This document shows, in pieces, positions 60,785 to 64,000 of a stretch of DNA of 64,000 bases. The notes beneath the pieces are model-generated. The model made no database searches, was not told where the DNA came from, and worked only from the letters and a program-made list of their open reading frames with translations. This DNA is from Phycisphaerales bacterium UBA7800. Its GTDB lineage: Bacteria > Planctomycetota > Phycisphaerae > Phycisphaerales > Phycisphaeraceae. The position numbers and the translations under genes were made by a program. How positions within the stretch are numbered: position 1 is the stretch's first letter; the number at the start of each line of letters is the position of its first letter. The stretch covers positions 8,192 to 72,191 of the forward strand of contig DLCK01000080.1 of NCBI GenBank assembly GCA_002480565.1, given 5' to 3'.

Positions 60785-61416
60785 AAAAGGTCATGGTTTA
60801 TAAACGCTTTGAACGCTTCTGGCATTGGCTCCAGGCCTTGCTGATTATCCTTCTGGCTCTCACTGGATTTGATATCCATTATGCCCAGTTGCATCTCTTT
60901 GATTTTCATATGGCACATCAGATCCATCAGGTCTGTGCATGGTCATTTATTGTCCTGGTCGCGTTTGCTATTTTCTGGCATATTACGACCGGCGAGTGGA
61001 AGCAGTACATTCCTACCCGTAAGTATGTTGGTGCCATGATTCAGTTTTATCTGGTGGGTATCTTCAAAAACGCACCGCATCCAGTGAAGAAGACTTTGAT
61101 CAGTAAGCTCAACCCCTTGCAGAAACTGGTCTATTTAGGACTGAAGATTTTGATCATTCCAGTCATGGTGACGACTGGCTTGATGTTGATTTACTACAAC
61201 GAATTGTTGGCAGCGGGTTACAACCTTTCACTTGGAGTGCTGGCTACGATTCACACCATCGGAGCATTCGGATTGATGGTGTTCCTGGCAGGACATATTT
61301 ATTTGATTACGACCGGACATACACCCATGTCCAATCTCAAGGCCATGATCACCGGCTATGAAGAATTGGATGAGAACGATACACAACCTACGGAATCCGT
61401 CGCGAATCAGGCTTAA
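60781..61416 (+). CDS. Cytochrome b/b6 domain membrane protein (FdnI/PhsC-like)
   Basis: ERFWHWLQA, KLNPLQK, IHTIGAF...GHIY; about 4 TM segments with His ligands. Overlaps the octaheme gene stop. Confidence 0.85.
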   Translation: MKKVMVYKRFERFWHWLQALLIILLALTGFDIHYAQLHLFDFHMAHQIHQVCAWSFIVLVAFAIFWHITTGEWKQYIPTRKYVGAMIQFYLVGIFKNAPHPVKKTLISKLNPLQKLVYLGLKILIIPVMVTTGLMLIYYNELLAAGYNLSLGVLATIHTIGAFGLMVFLAGHIYLITTGHTPMSNLKAMITGYEELDENDTQPTESVANQA

Positions 61417-61467
61417 TTGCCATACATATCGTTTTTGACTGAAAGTCAAACAAGAGAGGAAACGTTG

Positions 61468-62922
61468 ATGTTTAAGTCCACAGCCATCGTTACGCTTATC
61501 CTATGTCTGTGCTGTACAGGTCTGCTTGCTGAGGATGCAGCAGTGTCCCAGTCCAGTGCAGATGATGTTGTTAAACCCAAGAAGTCTGTGTGGCCGGCCT
61601 ACGCCAAGATGCGCTTCACTGAAGATTACAGCCAGACTGCCAACGCCAAACACCGCGATGTGTTTGATGCTCTTAAGAATATATCCATCGGTGATGATCC
61701 TGATTGGTATGCAAGCTTTGGTGGGCAAGTGCGTATTCGTTACGAAGACTATCAGAATTTTAATTTTGGTCGTCCGGCTGTTAACGATGACGGCTATGTC
61801 CTGCAGCGATATTTTCTGCACGCGGACATGCATTTTGGCAAAGCCTTTCGCATCTTTACCGAGATCCGCAGTGCATGGGCCACCGACTGGGATTTGTCCA
61901 ACAGTACCGCGCCGCATCCATTGAACTTTCATGATGAGTTCGATTTCATGAATCTGTTTGGTGAGTTGAATTTGAATCTGTCCGATGACCTTATGGCCAC
62001 CATTCGCGCGGGACGCTGGGAAATGAACTACGGGATGGGGCGCGTGATCGGTTGCCGTGACTGGTCACAGACACGCCGTCCGTTTGACGGAGTCTCGGCT
62101 CGACTGAACAGTGGCAAAAACTGGATTGATGGTTTCTGGGCCAATTGGGTTCAAGTGCATCAGTATGAAGCGTTCAACAGCAGCGATGAAGATATCCAAA
62201 GTTGGGGTGTCTATGCACATCTGCAACAGGGCGGTCGACTGCCGTTTAACACCGAGCTTTATCTGCTGGGTAAAGACAACACCACCGGCAGTCGTGACGA
62301 TCATCGCATCACGATTGGTGGGAGGGTTTTTAGTACGATCAAGGACACTGATTTTTCTTACGATGTCGAAGGTGCTTATCAGTTTGACTATCAAGGCACG
62401 GACGTTTCAGCCGGTTTCTTTGCTGCTGAATTGACCTACAAATTCAAGCAGTACGATACCAAACCATGGATTTCCGCAGGATTCGACTGGGCTTCAGGTG
62501 ATGGTGATTCGACGGATGGTCAGATCAACACCTATGAGCCGGTCTCTGCATTTGGTCACTACTATTTCGGTTACATTGATCAGATTGGACGCCAGAATAT
62601 TGTCAGCCCTTGGCTCCGTCTGGGATTTAAGCCAATCAAGAAGTTGACCACGATCGCTGAAGTGCATTGGTTCTGGGCAGAGCAGGCAGCGGATGGCATC
62701 TACAGTCCGTGTAACTGCTCCAAGGTGATGCGTGGCGGTGTCGCCGGTGCCAACAGTTTTATCGGGACCGAATTGGACTTGCTGGTGAAGTACAAACTTG
62801 ATCATCACACCATGCTCATGGCTGGTTACAGCTACCTTTGGGCGGGGGACTACGTGGATGACACCGGTTCGGGAACCGATGATGTACAGCGTGTCTACGT
62901 TCAGATGCAGTTTAATTTTTGA
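61468..62922 (+). CDS. Alginate export (AlgE-like) family outer-membrane beta-barrel
   Basis: Signal peptide, GGQVRIRYE, YVLQRYFLHAD, IRAGRWEMNYG, FDWASGD, ELDLLVKY, terminal Phe. Start ATG 61468 with GAGAGG upstream. Confidence 0.8.
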   Translation: MFKSTAIVTLILCLCCTGLLAEDAAVSQSSADDVVKPKKSVWPAYAKMRFTEDYSQTANAKHRDVFDALKNISIGDDPDWYASFGGQVRIRYEDYQNFNFGRPAVNDDGYVLQRYFLHADMHFGKAFRIFTEIRSAWATDWDLSNSTAPHPLNFHDEFDFMNLFGELNLNLSDDLMATIRAGRWEMNYGMGRVIGCRDWSQTRRPFDGVSARLNSGKNWIDGFWANWVQVHQYEAFNSSDEDIQSWGVYAHLQQGGRLPFNTELYLLGKDNTTGSRDDHRITIGGRVFSTIKDTDFSYDVEGAYQFDYQGTDVSAGFFAAELTYKFKQYDTKPWISAGFDWASGDGDSTDGQINTYEPVSAFGHYYFGYIDQIGRQNIVSPWLRLGFKPIKKLTTIAEVHWFWAEQAADGIYSPCNCSKVMRGGVAGANSFIGTELDLLVKYKLDHHTMLMAGYSYLWAGDYVDDTGSGTDDVQRVYVQMQFNF

Positions 62923-62982
62923 TTCACGAATTCTCCTGGCCAAGTGAAAAGGCCAATTTGATTGCCGACACACAAAGGCACG

Positions 62983-63019
62983 AAGAGCCCCACTGAAGCT
63001 GGATTTCGGTGGGGCTTTT
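62983..63019 (+). terminator. Intrinsic terminator after the porin gene
   Basis: Stem AAGAGCCCCACTGAA / TTCGGTGGGGCTTTT with G-U pairs. Confidence 0.75.
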
Positions 63020-63330
63020 CATTGGTTGGATGCCTGTAGGCAAACTGTTGTTAAAGCAATATCGGGTTGGAATGATGTACAACAAGTAATACATGGAAAG
63101 GTTATTGGTGACACTGCATTTTTGTTTTTTCAGGCTGCCAGTTAACCGTCTGCAACAGCTTCAGAATCGAATTGTGCAACTATAGATGTAATCCATTTGC
63201 CACCAACCCACATTTCGGTAAAAATATCTCTCCTATGCCCGGATTTGTCAGTCTTGTGACTGGCGTCGATGTTTTATCATCGCATGGTCCGAGTCGATTC
63301 AACGCCTCTAAATTGACTGGAAATATCAAT

Positions 63331-64000
63331 ATGGCAATTCAATACGCCGATGGCACACACCTTTTTACCAGTGAATCCGTTTCCATGGGACATCCTGACA
63401 AGGTCTCCGACCAAGTCTCCGATGCTGTTCTTGACAGCCTGCTGGCAGTGGACCCGATGGTTCGCTGTGCTTGTGAAACGCTCTGCACCACGGGCCTTGT
63501 GGTCGTGGCTGGCGAAGTGACCGTTCACAATGACAAAGCCGTTGCTGCCATGGAAAACATCGAAGAAACCGTTCGCAAGACGCTCAAGGGTATTGGTTAT
63601 ACCGATCCTGCCATGAAGTTTGACAGTGAAAGCTGTGCGGTGATTCGCACCATTCACGGTCAGTCCGCTGACATTGCCATGGGCGTGGACAAAGAAGGTG
63701 CTGGCGACCAAGGCATGATGTTCGGTTATGCTTGCCGCGAAACACCGTCCTTGATGCCGCTTCCCATTGACCTATCCCATCGTCTGATGGCACGACATGC
63801 AGTGGTACGTGAAAAGAACATCATCAAGGGTCTGCGTCCAGACGCCAAGAGCCAGGTGACTGTGGAATACAACGGCGACAAGGTCTCGCGTATCCATACG
63901 GTTGTGGTTTCCACTCAGCATACCGCCGACTGGAACGGTGCCAAAAAACAGGCACTGCTCAAGAAGCAGGTCATCAAGCATATCATCGAACCGGTGATGC
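63331..64000 (+). CDS. metK: S-adenosylmethionine synthetase, 5' part (runs off the window; absent from the ORF track)
   Basis: Translated by hand: MAIQYADGTHLFTSESVSMGHPDKVSDQ...GAGDQGMMFGYA...LRPDAKSQVT. Confidence 0.97.
   Translation, partial: MAIQYADGTHLFTSESVSMGHPDKVSDQVSDAVLDSLLAVDPMVRCACETLCTTGLVVVAGEVTVHNDKAVAAMENIEETVRKTLKGIGYTDPAMKFDSESCAVIRTIHGQSADIAMGVDKEGAGDQGMMFGYACRETPSLMPLPIDLSHRLMARHAVVREKNIIKGLRPDAKSQVTVEYNGDKVSRIHTVVVSTQHTADWNGAKKQALLKKQVIKHIIEPVM

Noticed and set aside
61468-62922. AlgE-like porin as the missing exporter for the EPS locus
   Set aside because: It is 34 kb away, embedded in the redox operon, and Wzx/Wzy systems normally use OPX-type channels.

Overview
This is a 64 kb bacterial chromosomal window, most likely from a Planctomycetota (Phycisphaerae-like) genome. 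That assignment is an inference from the four DUF1559-type prepilin genes, the PEP-CTERM/exosortase system and the atypical sigma-70. (1) Bases ~336-27.5k form one co-directional surface-polysaccharide locus. It is headed by a NusG-paralogue and contains a sulfotransferase, Wzx, a Wzy-like polymerase, seven GT2/GT4/WecB-type glycosyltransferases, a complete GDP-heptose pathway (hddA, gmhA, gmhB, hddC), galE, exosortase plus EpsI, a Wzc-like protein, a priming transferase and a TPR protein. Two exosortase-type substrates follow immediately. (2) Bases 29-43 kb are mostly housekeeping (gcvT, sigma-70, sodA, dapL, alaS), with short palindromic repeat elements around dapL. (3) Bases 43-58 kb are carbohydrate-catabolic loci in which DUF1559 prepilin-like genes sit beside GH5, sulfatase, GH29, a GH39-like enzyme and LacI/AraC regulators. 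(4) Bases 58.9-62.9 kb hold an octaheme cytochrome / cytochrome b / porin operon whose octaheme gene is split by a single in-frame TGA. The 5' part of metK follows. I saw no rRNA, tRNA, CRISPR array or transposase. The strongest leads are a degenerate MshEN-like insertion and a missing Tyr cluster in the Wzc, the TGA-split octaheme cytochrome, the recurrent DUF1559-regulator-CAZyme cassettes, and the palindromic repeats. All family assignments come from motif recognition by eye; no database search was run.
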